Source of the DNA: Klebsormidium nitens
Lineage: Eukaryota > Plantae > Klebsormidiophyceae
Reading direction: 5' to 3'
Length of the DNA stretch: 64,000 nucleotides
Assembly: GCA_000708835.1 (NCBI GenBank)
Contig: DF237012.1
Coordinates: forward strand, 124,001 to 188,000
The position numbers were made by a program, and so were the translations under genes. How positions within the stretch are numbered: the stretch's first letter is position 1; every line of letters begins with the position of its first letter. Positions 1 to 11,264 of the stretch are shown here, in pieces. The notes beneath the pieces are model-generated. The model was not told the origin of the DNA, made no database searches, and saw only the letters and a list, made by a program, of their open reading frames with translations.

Positions 1-95
1 TGGGATGTTCAATCCGCTGTCTCGCCCTTTATGGTGTTTGCCTTCCGGCAAGAAGTAACTCGCCTTTTGTATCGACGTCAGCCTTGCTCTTGCAG

Positions 96-688
96 GACCA
101 CTACCCCGAACGCTTGAAAACAGCGTTTATTGTGGACGCTCCGTCCATCTTCTCGTTTCTTTGGAAGGTGGGGTTTGATCAACCTTCATTCCAATCCCGC
201 TGTAGGAAAGTGCTTTCAGCAACGGGTGGTATATTTATCTGTTGGTCACACAAATGAGCAAGTAGCCTCTTCCAATTCCATCAAACGGAGGGAGCAGATT
301 CTTCGCAGTAAAGACGACAGATTTCAGGTCGGGGCGGTCCACGAGAGCCAGTTCTTGGCAGCCTGGACTTTCAGCTTTTGTGAAACTTCAAGCGTTGACT
401 TCAGTCAGCAAGAAAAACTCCTTGTCTGACATACAGGCGTTGGCCTCGTTCATTGACCCCGTCACCAAAGAGAAGGTCAAGTTTGTTTACTCCAAGGATC
501 TCCGACCTGCCGAAGCTCCCGAAGATGCGTCAGGGGTTGCGCGGGAAGAGGCACCTGCGACTAAGCCAGTCGAACCCTCGAAACCTGAGAGCAAGTCTGT
601 AGACGATGCTTTCAGCCCTTACGCTTCTTTTTATCGGACACCCTATGATGAAGCAGCATATCGGACTTTTTTGACGAAACGTTCTTAG
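96..688 (+). CDS. CRAL-TRIO/Sec14-like lipid-binding protein, last two exons (96-167, 437-688); 5' part lies outside the window
   Basis: Spliced translation is DHYPERLKTAFIVDAPSIFSFLWK|ALASFIDPVTKEKVKFVYSKD...*. This matches the conserved CRAL-TRIO C-terminal motifs (HYPERL..., F.DP.T..K..F). Junctions are canonical ag/gt, phase 0. Confidence 0.85.
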
Positions 689-1383
689 AGTAAGACGGAA
701 CTGTTGCATTAGTGCCGAGACAGATCGGCCAGTGCAGGATATATAAACTCCTACTTTGTATGACGATCGCGACTCAAAGGCCCGGCCCATGCAAAGCAGG
801 CATTATCACATGCATGGACTATTAATACCGTCGATATGGCAGTTCTGCCTTAACCCTCGGGTAATATCAGTCAGGATATCCCTATGAATTGATCGATCAT
901 CTAGTATACCACTGTCATGTACTGCGCCGGTACGTCAATACCGTATTAGGTGAATGATTGCATGTACGTAGTTTTGAGAGCCAATGATGTCGATCAACCA
1001 TCCCGTAATTCTGAGCCACTGTGTTGCTTCAATCTGGTGCCTAATACCGCACCCGTTAGGCTTTGTTTGCCAATTGCACCCAATCATTCGTGACTGGCCA
1101 TGATGCATGTACAACGGTAGATTACATCATGTAGGTATGTTGAGGGGCCTGTAAGCGGTTGCTGTGACATTGGACCATTGCATGCATTTCAAAGTTGCAC
1201 CACAGGGCTGTAAGTTATCCTAACAGACGTCAACAGTCCTCCGAAGCTGGTTGCTTCGAAAAACGTGATTTGAAGATCAGGCACCTGGCGGATCCCAGTT
1301 GTGATTTTGGACAACGTTGGACGATCCATTGGTCACCCGTCTCTACCTGGATTTTCCATGCGAGAGCCAAGCTGAACAGCTTA

Positions 1384-4300
1384 TCAATGTTGACCCGCTT
1401 TACTTGCACCGTCTTGTACCACATGCCTGACGCGGGCGATGTGCTTGACTGTGTTGAGATCGACATCTGCTGGTGGGTCTGCCACAATCTCCACGAGCTT
1501 CTGCCGGGGGGCGGATAGGCAAACCTGCAAAAAGATGGGTGAAAGACTACATACAGGCTACCTACCGCGTTCAGGAGTATACCTTGCAGACCGGAGGGCA
1601 AATACCCCAAAAAATCCGCGGCAATGACGGGTGTCAAAACACCAGCACCGAGTGGATCGTAATCAAGAGGACAGTGGAAAGCAGAGTAGACGGACAAATC
1701 TGAAGTAGGACACGTTTTTCGGCAGTCGTGTTGTCGGAGATGAGGTCTCCTGAAAAAGAAGCTCAAAACTATGGTTTCTGAAAGAATCACTGAGAAGGCT
1801 TTGCAACTAGATGCATCACCTTGCACCACCGGCAAGGCAGATGCTGTCTTGCTTGCGCACTGCTTTGAATGGAGGCTTATAGAGCGTACTGTGGCCACGT
1901 TGTATTGTGCTGACGATACTTACTTAAATGGCAGCTGTGGTGAGTATTTTCATCCCATATTTTACCTGGAAAGTGGCCAGCACCGGAGGAGTCGTGACGC
2001 TCAGCGCGCCGAGCACGTTCCCCAGGTACTCAATGTCGGCCGCGAGCTGCTGTGCCCCCTTGTCGCTGATGCTCGGGATCGAACGCAACTGGTCGATGTA
2101 AAGGTTGGTGGCGCCTTCGGCGATCTGGAAGGAAGAGTACACTGACTCAGAGGTGGCACAGCATTTTCCCGAGAGTAAGGAACCTGAATCATTAGCGGCC
2201 TTTCCCATCTCATATTCCGCCCGCTTTGACAAGAGGGGTGAGGGCCCCGGCATATACCGGAAGACTAAGTATAACTGAACACTTCTTACCAGTTTGAACC
2301 CGTCACCTCAAGCATTCCACCGCCTAACCACAATCATGCAACATCAGAATCCAGCCACAAACGCCAGAGATGCAGCCGGTAAGATACTGTCACGTCTTAC
2401 CTGGACCACTTTGGCGCTCCTCAACCCCTTTACCCGAGTCGTTGCAAGCGCTTCCAGTCGTCAGAAGCCATAATTTCAAACCCTTAAATCCAGCTTCTGA
2501 GTCAAGAACTACTGACGTCTTGCCTCGCAGCTCACCTGGGACCCCTTCTCAATTGTTAGGCAGCTCTCCACACCCGGGTCGTGCTTCCCCCTCGCCCCAG
2601 CCACCGACCCTTGAAACAACTGGAATTTATAAGTGGACAATGTGCTCAGAGCCTACAAGACGCTGTCAGCTTGCTCACCTGGAATAACCACTCCGTGGCC
2701 AGGACGCTCTCCCTTGTCCGTCTCGCCCTGGCTCACTGCGGGCGGCTCCAATCCAAAAGTTCCATTACCTCAGATTCTTCACCTCAAAATCTGTCAGATA
2801 CTGCCACGTGGTTCACTTGGAACACTCACAACGTCGCCAGGAAGCTCTTCTCGCCGTCTTCCCCCCTCCGCCTCGCCCTGGCTCACCGCAAACGGCTCCA
2901 ACCCAGACTCTTATACCCTCAGATCCCTGAATCCCGAACCATACTTTAAAAAGCCTGCAGGAACCTGCCACGTGGCCCACCTGGAACACCCACTCCGTCG
3001 CCAAAAAGCTCTCCTCGCCCTCCTCCCCCTGGCTCACCGCGAGCGGCTCCAACCCAAAGTTTCATAACCTTAAACTCCTGAACCCCAAACCATACTAAAA
3101 AACCTGTAAGGTACTGCCACGTGGCTCACCTGGAACACCCACTCCGTCGCCAGGAAGCTCTCCTCGCCCTCCTCGCCCTCCGCGTCGCCCTGGCTCACCG
3201 CGAGCGGCTCCAGCTGCTGCGGGAGCGTCAGCAGATACTCGCCGACGGAACGGATGTACGGCAGCGGATACGCGCTGAAGCTGGGCAGGTCGAACGCGTT
3301 CTCTTCCTCGGCGGCCGCCCACTGCGGCAGCGTACCGACGCCCTCCAGGCGCTGGCGCACCTTGAAGATGAGCACGTCGTAAACAAGATCGTGCACCGCG
3401 TCCTGTATGGCAAAAGGAGTAAAATCTGGGCCTTTCGAATATTTCGCATTTTGGAATATAGAAGAAAATTCCAGTAATGAGGTGAGTTGGTCGTAAACAA
3501 GATCGTGCACTGCGTCCTGGATGGCAAAGGGAGTAAAATTCTGGGCTTTTTCAATGTTTCGCTTTTTAGAATATAGAACGAAATTCCAGTAATGAGGTGA
3601 GCACGTCGTACACCAGGTCGTGCACCGCGTCATGTATGGCAAAGGGGTAAGATTCTGGGCTTTTCAAACATTTCGCATTTTAGAATATAGAACAAAATTC
3701 CAAGAATGAGGTGAGCACGTCGTGCACCGCGTCCTGTATGGCAGAAGGGGCTCAAGATTTTTTCTCCTTTGCCTTCAGGTAATTCGTGAGCAGAGTAGTT
3801 GAAGTCCTGAGGGTGAGCACGTCGTATACCTTGTCTTGGGGAGAAGAGAAGAGACGGGCCTGACAGCCTAGAACACCCTTCACACTGCCAGAAAGTCCAA
3901 ATGTGCAACTCACTTTTGAAGTCCTTCTCTCGTCTTTCTTCGAAAGCACTGCATACGTCTTGGTTAGTTTTGCTGAGATCACTTTTGGACATTCAAGGGA
4001 TGCGAAACACCGACTACCAGAACCTTTGAGATCCCACCCGCTCCTTGTATGTGATTACTTTTCCGTCTTTATAAAGTCAAGCACCTTTTACACGCATTTG
4101 CCACTCTTTTGGTCGCCAAAAGAACTTACACCTGCAACTTTCTTTGTAGCAAGTTCGAAGCTCCATTCACGTCCTTGAAAGCGCCGCAACAGTACGTCAA
4201 TACATCCAAGGCATCCACCCTGGCAATTCCTGCAAGTACTGACCTGGAAGGACTGCACTCGTTGCGCCGTGTGCGGCAGCGCATGAAAGCGCGGATCCTT

Positions 4301-7300
4301 GGCTTGCTCCAGCAGAACCGCCAGCCGCCTGGCCTTCTCCGGAGCGTCGATCAGCCGGAGCACGGCGACATCCAACGGCTGATCGCGCGCCGACGTTCCG
4401 GGGGTTCCCTCGCCGGGGCTTTCGACCCCCCCGATGTGCAATTTGTGGCTGAGGGTGCTGAGGGTGTTCCGGAGAGTGGTCTCGAAGACGGCGGTGCGGC
4501 TGCCGAGGCTCTCGCTGACGGTCAGCAGTTGCAGGGCGCCCTGTAAGTGACAGTTCGAGCTTGTCAAAGAAGCTCCCAGCTTTGCGCAAACTCGCTTCCT
4601 TATCTCTTCCTTTCTGCACTCCCGTCATCTCCCCACCGTTCGTCCGCTACACTATTCCCTCTGCGCCACTTCTCTATCTTAGTCCCCCTTCTACCGTCGT
4701 TTTAGTACGTCGCTCTTTACGACCGCTTCAAATGCAAAAGAAACGCCCGCTTCGCTCGACGGCTGCATTAGACATACCGTGCACAAGACGTGCAGTCCGA
4801 AAAGAGACCCGTAGCTCCTGGGGAGCTGTCTTCTGACATTGCCTTGCAGCAGATTAACGAATCGGTCTCATTGCAAATATGACCTCACGAGTCGGTCAAA
4901 TCAAGAACGCCACAAATTGGCATGGGTCGAGAGGTCAGCCTCCTCGCCTGCACAGCAGACCACTGTTTCTTCCGCATACAGATCGGTGTCGCTACCACAT
5001 AACCCCATGAATTTGTCCAACAAGAAAGCAACAAGACGGCTTGCGTCAGGACTTCGGTTTTCTCGCCCGCACAGAGGACCAGTCTTCCTCCTTCGCTACG
5101 ATATGACCGCACTACTGGGTCAAGCGATGAACTTTACCAAAGATGGCACTGAAGATTTTGTTTTTCTTGCCTGCACGGTTGACCAATCTTCCTCGCCCGC
5201 GTCATCGTGGCTCGTGGTGGGAGCGCCGCTGACGCTGCCGTCGACCCCGCACACCGCCCGCAGCGACTTGAGCACCTCGAACAGCGCCGCCACGTAGGAC
5301 AGGATGACGTCATCCAGCGTCCGGACCAGGGCCCCCGCTTCGCTGCCGCCCGTGAATCCGAGACACCTGGAAGTGCAAAGCGTAAGCGTCTTAGGCTCGG
5401 ATGGACAATATGCTTCTCGAGGTGCATTACTGGCGGAGCGGAAGGAATCTTGAATCACACACGCCCCGGAAATAATATGAACAACAGCAGTTAAGGACAA
5501 AGGGTGCGCTTTCGTGTGAAGCTATCTCGAGTGCATGCCTCGGATGACAAGGAGGGGATCGCCTGGGTGCCCTTTGTCGAGCTTTCGGTGTTCGTTCACC
5601 GGCCCATCAGCATGAACGAAAGGCCGAATTGAGTGACCCTCGGTAGCCAGCCAGCAATGAGTATACAAAACTCCTAGCCTTCTGCAGCTAACGAAGGTCT
5701 GCCGTTTCTCCAGCAGCTTCTTTATTCGTACTTTCATGTGTATTCGACGGCCGAGATAAGACATCTGTGTTCCAGCTATACACAAAATCACAGGTGAGAA
5801 AAGGCGCTCAAGGTCACCACGCTAACGACGAAGCATTTTGCCAGAAAACAAAGTGCGATTGACGACCAAACTCGCGCCTTCGCGTCCTGTTGAAGGCAGC
5901 CTCCATCGAAACCATGACCGCTGTCACCAAGACCTCCCAACAAAGATCAGACAAGAGGAAGGCCACACACGTCACCACCATTAGAGTCGAGCACATTCCG
6001 CAAATCGCAAGAAACGAAGGCCTTCGATACCTCTCGATGGCAGCCTCCAGCGAGACCATGACCGCCGGCACCGACGCCTCCATTCGCCGGACGGTTTCGC
6101 TGAGCTCCACCGCGCGCGCGCCGAGGCTGCGCTGCACGGCGCCACGCAGGTCCAGCTGGGCGACCTCTGACGTCAGCTGCATCTTCTCGAGCTCGCCGTA
6201 CCTGCAAGGGATTCATGTTTTGAGCGATGTGTAGGAGGCGATTGAGACGGAGTCTGAATGGAAACCGTTTTCCCTGCGTTCTGTAGGATAGCAAAATTTG
6301 GTGAACGCAGTGTCATGCAAGAAACGTGACACGTTATCCGGTTTCTGGCGATCTAGGACGATGGATGTTCTTTTTGCAAATGAGGAGGCATCTGACTCAG
6401 GGTAGTCTTCGAGCGATAATCGTGACCGACTTAACGCCTCTAGTCTCACAGGTCCGTCAAGCAAGCAAAAGTTCCTGCAATGGCTACACACTGCACCGTG
6501 TGGTTCTTCGATGGAAGCACACACCCCGCACACTCTTCTTACATTCGTCCCCAAGACCGATCCTCTTCCCGACAGGTCGAAATGAAATCAAGATCTCATA
6601 AGCAAGCACTCTTGAGAAACTGACCCACCTTGCTTTGTGCCCCTCAAACGGCGAGTACACCGCTCTGAGCACCTTCCCCAGCTCCTCCCCTTCCACTGCC
6701 GCCAGCACGTGTTGCACGTTCCGCGCAAACGCGCCCGTCATCCCGTGCAGAGTCAGCAGCGTCGCGAGTTTCGACCCGCCCCTAGTTTCCGCGCCGGTAG
6801 GCGCGTTCCCACCAGTGCCCTGGTGTAAATCGGCGCCCGCCTCGGAGGCCGCTGCCTCGATGCGCGCGGTGAAGGAGGAGGAGATGGCGGACATGGTTTC
6901 CATAAGGAGCCGGGGGACGAGCAGGTGGGACTCGGAGGGAAAAGTGAGGGCGCACCATTTGGTCTCCTAGAGAGAAAGACGAACGATTGAGAATGTTTCA
7001 AGCTTCCGCACTTTTATATAAAAAGGGAACGGTCTCCATGAGGAGCCGGGGGACGAGCAGGTGGGACTCGGAGGGGAAGATGAGAGGGCACCACTTGGTC
7101 TCCTGGAAAAAGAGACGAACATGCAATCTTTCAGAAGCTTCAAACCCTCTGGAAGCAGCCGAGATTTTCGACAATGACAAAGATGTCACGTTACTGAGGA
7201 GAGGTCTCCATGAGGAGCCGCAAGACGAGTAAGTAGGACTCGGAGGGGAAGGTGAGGGCGATTGAGAATGTTTCAGGCTTCCGCAGTTTGAACTAACTGA

Positions 7301-10300
7301 GAGAACGATCTCCATAAGGAGCTGGGGCACGAGCAGGTGCAAGTCGGTGGGGAGATGTGAGGGCGCACCACTTGGTCGCCCTGGAAAGAGTGACAGATAC
7401 GCGCATTTTCAGAACCATCAAAACGTTTGGAGACAATTGGGTCTTTTCACTAATTTGAAGATGTCAATCATTAAGGAGAGGTCTCAATGAGGAGCCGCAA
7501 GACGAGTAAGTACGACTCGGAGGGGAAGGTGAGAGCGCATCGCTTGGTCTCCCGGAAAGAACGACGAGCAAACGAGATCTCCACAACTACTGATTTCACG
7601 ATAAGCGAAGGGATGGTACTCATGAGGAGGCGGGGAGCGAGAAGATGGGACTGGGAGGGGAAGGTGAGGGCGCACTACTGGATCTTCTGTACACGGGGTT
7701 GCGGGGGATTTGAAAACATGAATCTTACAAGCTGTAGGGGTCAAAGGATTTCAAGTATCCGTAACCGGTGTTAACGAACGTGAAAAGAGGAGGGGGAGGT
7801 GACTTGGCTCCTGGAAAGGAATGCGAATATCCATGACTCTCGATGGAATTTGTGGATTAATACCACCAAGAGGCGAGGGACGAGCATGTGGGACTGAAAG
7901 AAAGAGTGAGGGCACAGAACTTGGTCGCCGAAGAAGGAGGTCGAACAAAGAGAATTGCGGGACCTACGGACTTCGAGAGATTGTCTTGACAGCCTTGTGT
8001 GGCTATCGTTTTTGTACTGTTGACATAGTACCTCACCTCAGCATTCTGTCCATGCCACAAGCACTGGCAGCATGGTACGTATAATCAATCCCACGATTGC
8101 TCACCTTTTCCCAAGGACAAGCTATTTAAACACCAAGGCACCTTGATCCTTTTCATGAAGCTGATCCTTAGTTCCACGCACCAACAGAACGCCAAGACGG
8201 TCGGGCTTCCAGTCGGATGGCCTCACCTGCTCAAGAACGAGCAAGACCTTGTCGTAGAAGCGGGGCAACCACTCCCCGAAAGATGCGCCGGTGACTGCTC
8301 CATCCTCCTGCGAAGCGACGTTTGCAGTAGAGCCGGTACCCTTCCCAACGTCGAACTCCTCCCACGCCTGCAAATCCTGATTCTCGATTTCAGGGCTAAT
8401 TTTCAATAACAGTAAGCTCCCAGCCAACACTAGAAACCTATATTCGAGAGATGACCTGTTCCACAGCCGTACGCATCTCAAATCCCCAAATGTGCCCCTT
8501 CCGTCCCAGGAAGTTAGCCTACTGTTCTTGCAGGCTGCGATTCCTGAAATCGACATCCATCTGCAAGCCATACAAAAAGCGTAGTTGCGCAGCCTATTCA
8601 ACTTCCACTGCTCACCAGAATAAAGATTCTGTGCTTGGACAAATAGATCAGGGCTCTGCTTTCAACATCGAAGGCAGTATCGACTCCAAGCAGATTGCGG
8701 CTCAGAAAGCGATCAATGTTCAAGCAAAAACGGCAGGCGTGTAAGATCGATTGCAACAGTGTAAAGCGAGTTTTCTCTAAGCAAGCAAAGTCTGCTTGTC
8801 ACAAGATGCTCGGGGGGTGAAACTAGAGAAAGTGTCTGAACGAAGGAAGCAGTGAAACAGATTCTGAATAACCTCGGCCACATCAGCCCCTTCCTTTCGC
8901 GCCATAATCTGCATGCACTCACCTTTCTGAGCGGCCGCATCCGCACTTTTGTGTACTGCTGTTCTAGGGAGGAGAAGCGGTTGATTGCAATCAGGATATT
9001 CCGCAGCTTCTGTGTGTCATCCACCTTGCGCGCGAGCAGGGCCTCTGAGAGCTTCGGCTGAACCATTCCCTCCAGCCGGTCTTCTAAAGCGCCAAGCTGT
9101 CGCTTGACATCAGCAAACTCGGGGACCTGTAGAATGAAAGAGACTCTTACTTAATAATGACATGGGGAAGGTTTAAATATAGAACGGTAAAAGAAGAGGC
9201 TCAAAAGTATCCAACATCCTAAGCACTTTGTGCCGCAACAATCAAAAGATCTGATTATTTGAGTCCACTTTCTGAGCAATGCAGAATCGGAGAGATCTTG
9301 CAGATCTGATGTAAAAGTTCAGCCTCCAGGGAAGAGCAACGCATCAAAAGAGAAACTTGGTCCAAACATTAGTGTTGCTCCCTGAGGCGGAGATCAATAT
9401 GCATCTCAGGGCAGGTCATTACTTTTGTTGTGTCAGGCCTGCTAAAAAGACTTTCAGGACTAGGCTGGCCTTGTTGCTTTCTCACTTGAATGGAGGGTCC
9501 TCGAAGCCTCAACATAAGCTTTTGAGATTCTTTTTCTTGTTCGCACCTACAATGCTGTTATCAAATTCTCCTTCCCAACTCATCAGAACGACAGGACGTG
9601 TACTGTGCCAATTCAGGCTTGCAAGTTGCAGACCGGGGTGGTGGTCCTTAAGATTGTCGAAAGATTTGGGTTGGAAGGGGGTCAACGCTCACCTCTCCGA
9701 CAACCTCCAAGCACCGTCTCATCTGCGCCAGAGTCTCGGCTACTCGTGGGAGATCCCCACTAGCGAACACGTCCTCGATGCTTGCAGATAGTTGCGCAAG
9801 TCCAGCAGCATCCTGAAAACATACACGCAGCGAAGAATGAACAGCTAGAGAAGAGCACCTAAGCAGGTGGTTCACAAGCGCTAAAGCAAGCGCCAGCCAG
9901 CCTGATGACAATCCACACACCAGGAATGCAGCCAACATAACAACATCCATATCATGCTGACAGGGGAGTTCCAGTACTTAACGAAGCGGCCGATGAAACC
10001 TTGAGCAAGGGGTAAGGCAATGGACCTCGAATGCTGGTTGATAATGCTGCCTCTGGAAAAAGTGACCAGTAGGCTAGCGCAGTGAGATCGATGGTAGGAG
10101 CCAACTGGACCGGTGGAAAACAGGGAGGGGATCTGCAGATTCATTTTGGGGCTGAAAGGGTCTTCATTCAGGGAAACTTTAGCAGCTGCCACCACTCATA
10201 CGCCGTGAGTACGATTGTGGATTAGTTCCTGTCAATCAGCATTCACCTGCAGAGTGTCTTTCGCAGCCTCCATCCTCTGCTTCACCGCATCAACCTTCGA

Positions 10301-10621
10301 CAGCGCCGCGACCGACGTCGCAGACACGCCCTCAACCTGCTCCAGCTTTTGCAGAATCCCCCCGACTGTGCCCCTCAAAGACAACGCATCATCCCTCACT
10401 CTGTCTATCTCTCTTATGGCCCTCGGGACTCTCAGAATGGCATTTCCGCTCTGCTCCTCTAGCTGTGCAGCGATGTTTTCTGCAAGCAATTGCAGCTTCA
10501 TTTCTACTTCAGACAGGTATTTGTCGATTGGCTCATCTGGGGGCTTGCTGTGACAGGCTGCATTGACCCAGTCCTTGGAGCGGAAGCCCTCCTCCGAGAA
10601 GCTTGCCAGATCCATCAACAT
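1384..10621 (-). CDS. COG7: Conserved oligomeric Golgi complex subunit 7. 11 exons, approx. 10621-10247, 9812-9693, 9126-8923, ~8367-8227, 6966-~6629, ~6200-6030, ~5367-5171, 4540-4244, 3402-3130, 2124-1966, 1524-1384
   Basis: The exon translations are MLMDLASFSEEGFRSKDWVNAAC...EMKLQ, DAAGLAQLSASIEDVFASGDL, DPRFHALP, SVGEYLLTLPQQLEPL and GAQQLAADIEYLGNVLGAL. They align colinearly with plant COG7 as I recall it, and the exon phases are compatible. Confidence 0.95.
2395..3129 (-). repeat. Degenerate ~140-160 bp tandem copies of the 3' end plus 5' splice site of COG7 exon 9
   Basis: Variants of GAGAGCTTCCTGGCGACGGAGTGGGTGTTCCAG|gtgagc recur near 2981, 2819, 2679, 2536 and 2401. Divergence increases with distance from the real exon. 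Confidence 0.85.
3403..3850 (-). repeat. Degenerate ~100-115 bp tandem copies of the 3' splice site plus 5' end of COG7 exon 9
   Basis: Variants of ttttgccatacag|GACGCGGTGCACGATCTTGTTTACGAC occur at 3402 (real), 3516, ~3630 and 3733, with a remnant at ~3835. Confidence 0.88.
5885..5935 (-). repeat. Single degenerate copy of the 3' end of COG7 exon 6 in the downstream intron
   Basis: On the + strand, GCAGCCTCCATCGAAACCATGACCGCTGTCACC resembles the exonic GCAGCCTCCAGCGAGACCATGACCGCCGGCACC at ~6040. Confidence 0.7.
6967..7930 (-). repeat. About 7 degenerate tandem copies (~110-170 bp period) of the acceptor and first ~25 codons of COG7 exon 5
   Basis: The + strand motif AGGAGCCGGGGGACGAGCAGGTGGGACTCGGAGGGGAAGATGAGAGGGCACCACTTGGTCTCC recurs at ~7040, 7210, 7320, 7490, 7625, 7790 and 7875, decaying progressively. 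Confidence 0.9.
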
Positions 10622-10961
10622 CTTGCCGAAATCTGAACAGAACAATGAAAATATTGCATTCAGAGGTGCAGCTCCCAGAAGATAAACAATTTAAGGAAAC
10701 TGGTCCTAGTCGAAGCGCTGCGGTCTTTTGGATGGCCTTTCTAATCCGTCTTAGCGCCCTTCAGGCTTTATATTGCAGCTTTCCAGAGCTTCAATGAATC
10801 AATGAAGCTGCCTAATGCCAGTAATGGATCAATGAAGCTGCCAATTGGCCTGCTTTTGCAATCTGCATCATGAGCTTCATTGCTTGCTTGGAGAATCCGC
10901 GCGCGCGTGCGCTCAGCCTGCCAAGGAGCCGGCCGCGAGCCGGCTCAAAGTTTGGGGGTTC

Positions 10962-10972
10962 TCCCGCCAAAA
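10962..10972 (-). promoter_or_regulatory. E2F-type element TTTGGCGGG in the divergent COG7/FAS1 promoter
   Basis: TCCCGCCAAAA matches the E2F consensus TTTSSCGS and lies ~300 bp upstream of the FAS1 ORF. FAS1 is an established E2F target in Arabidopsis. Confidence 0.55.
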
Positions 10973-11264
10973 TCTTCAAAACCTTTTACTAAGTTTTAGC
11001 CCCCTTTCTCAGTCTGCCCAACCTGCAGCAGCCCGCTCTGATCAACAGAGGACCGTGGTTGCAGGACGCTTGCAGCGCTGCATAGCACACCTACAGAAGG
11101 TATCGTCTACCGAAGGTCGTTCAAGGCTAGGAACAAGGGTTCCAACGCAGCGCTCTTCTCTACACTTCAGATCGACTGGTCTGAGAAGGACACCATTGCA
11201 ATGTTGGGTTTCTCCGACTGGGCTTGATTGCTTCTTTTGAGAGCTCAGCTCAATATTGACGAGA

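Noticed and set aside
4109-4628. Long + strand ORFs overlapping COG7, and similar ones over FAS1 and SerRS exons
   Set aside because: These are GC-rich antisense or off-frame shadows of real exons with no independent protein features.
6967-7930. CRISPR-like repeat/spacer appearance
   Set aside because: The repeats are degenerate copies of a COG7 exon edge in a eukaryotic intron, with variable period and no cas genes.
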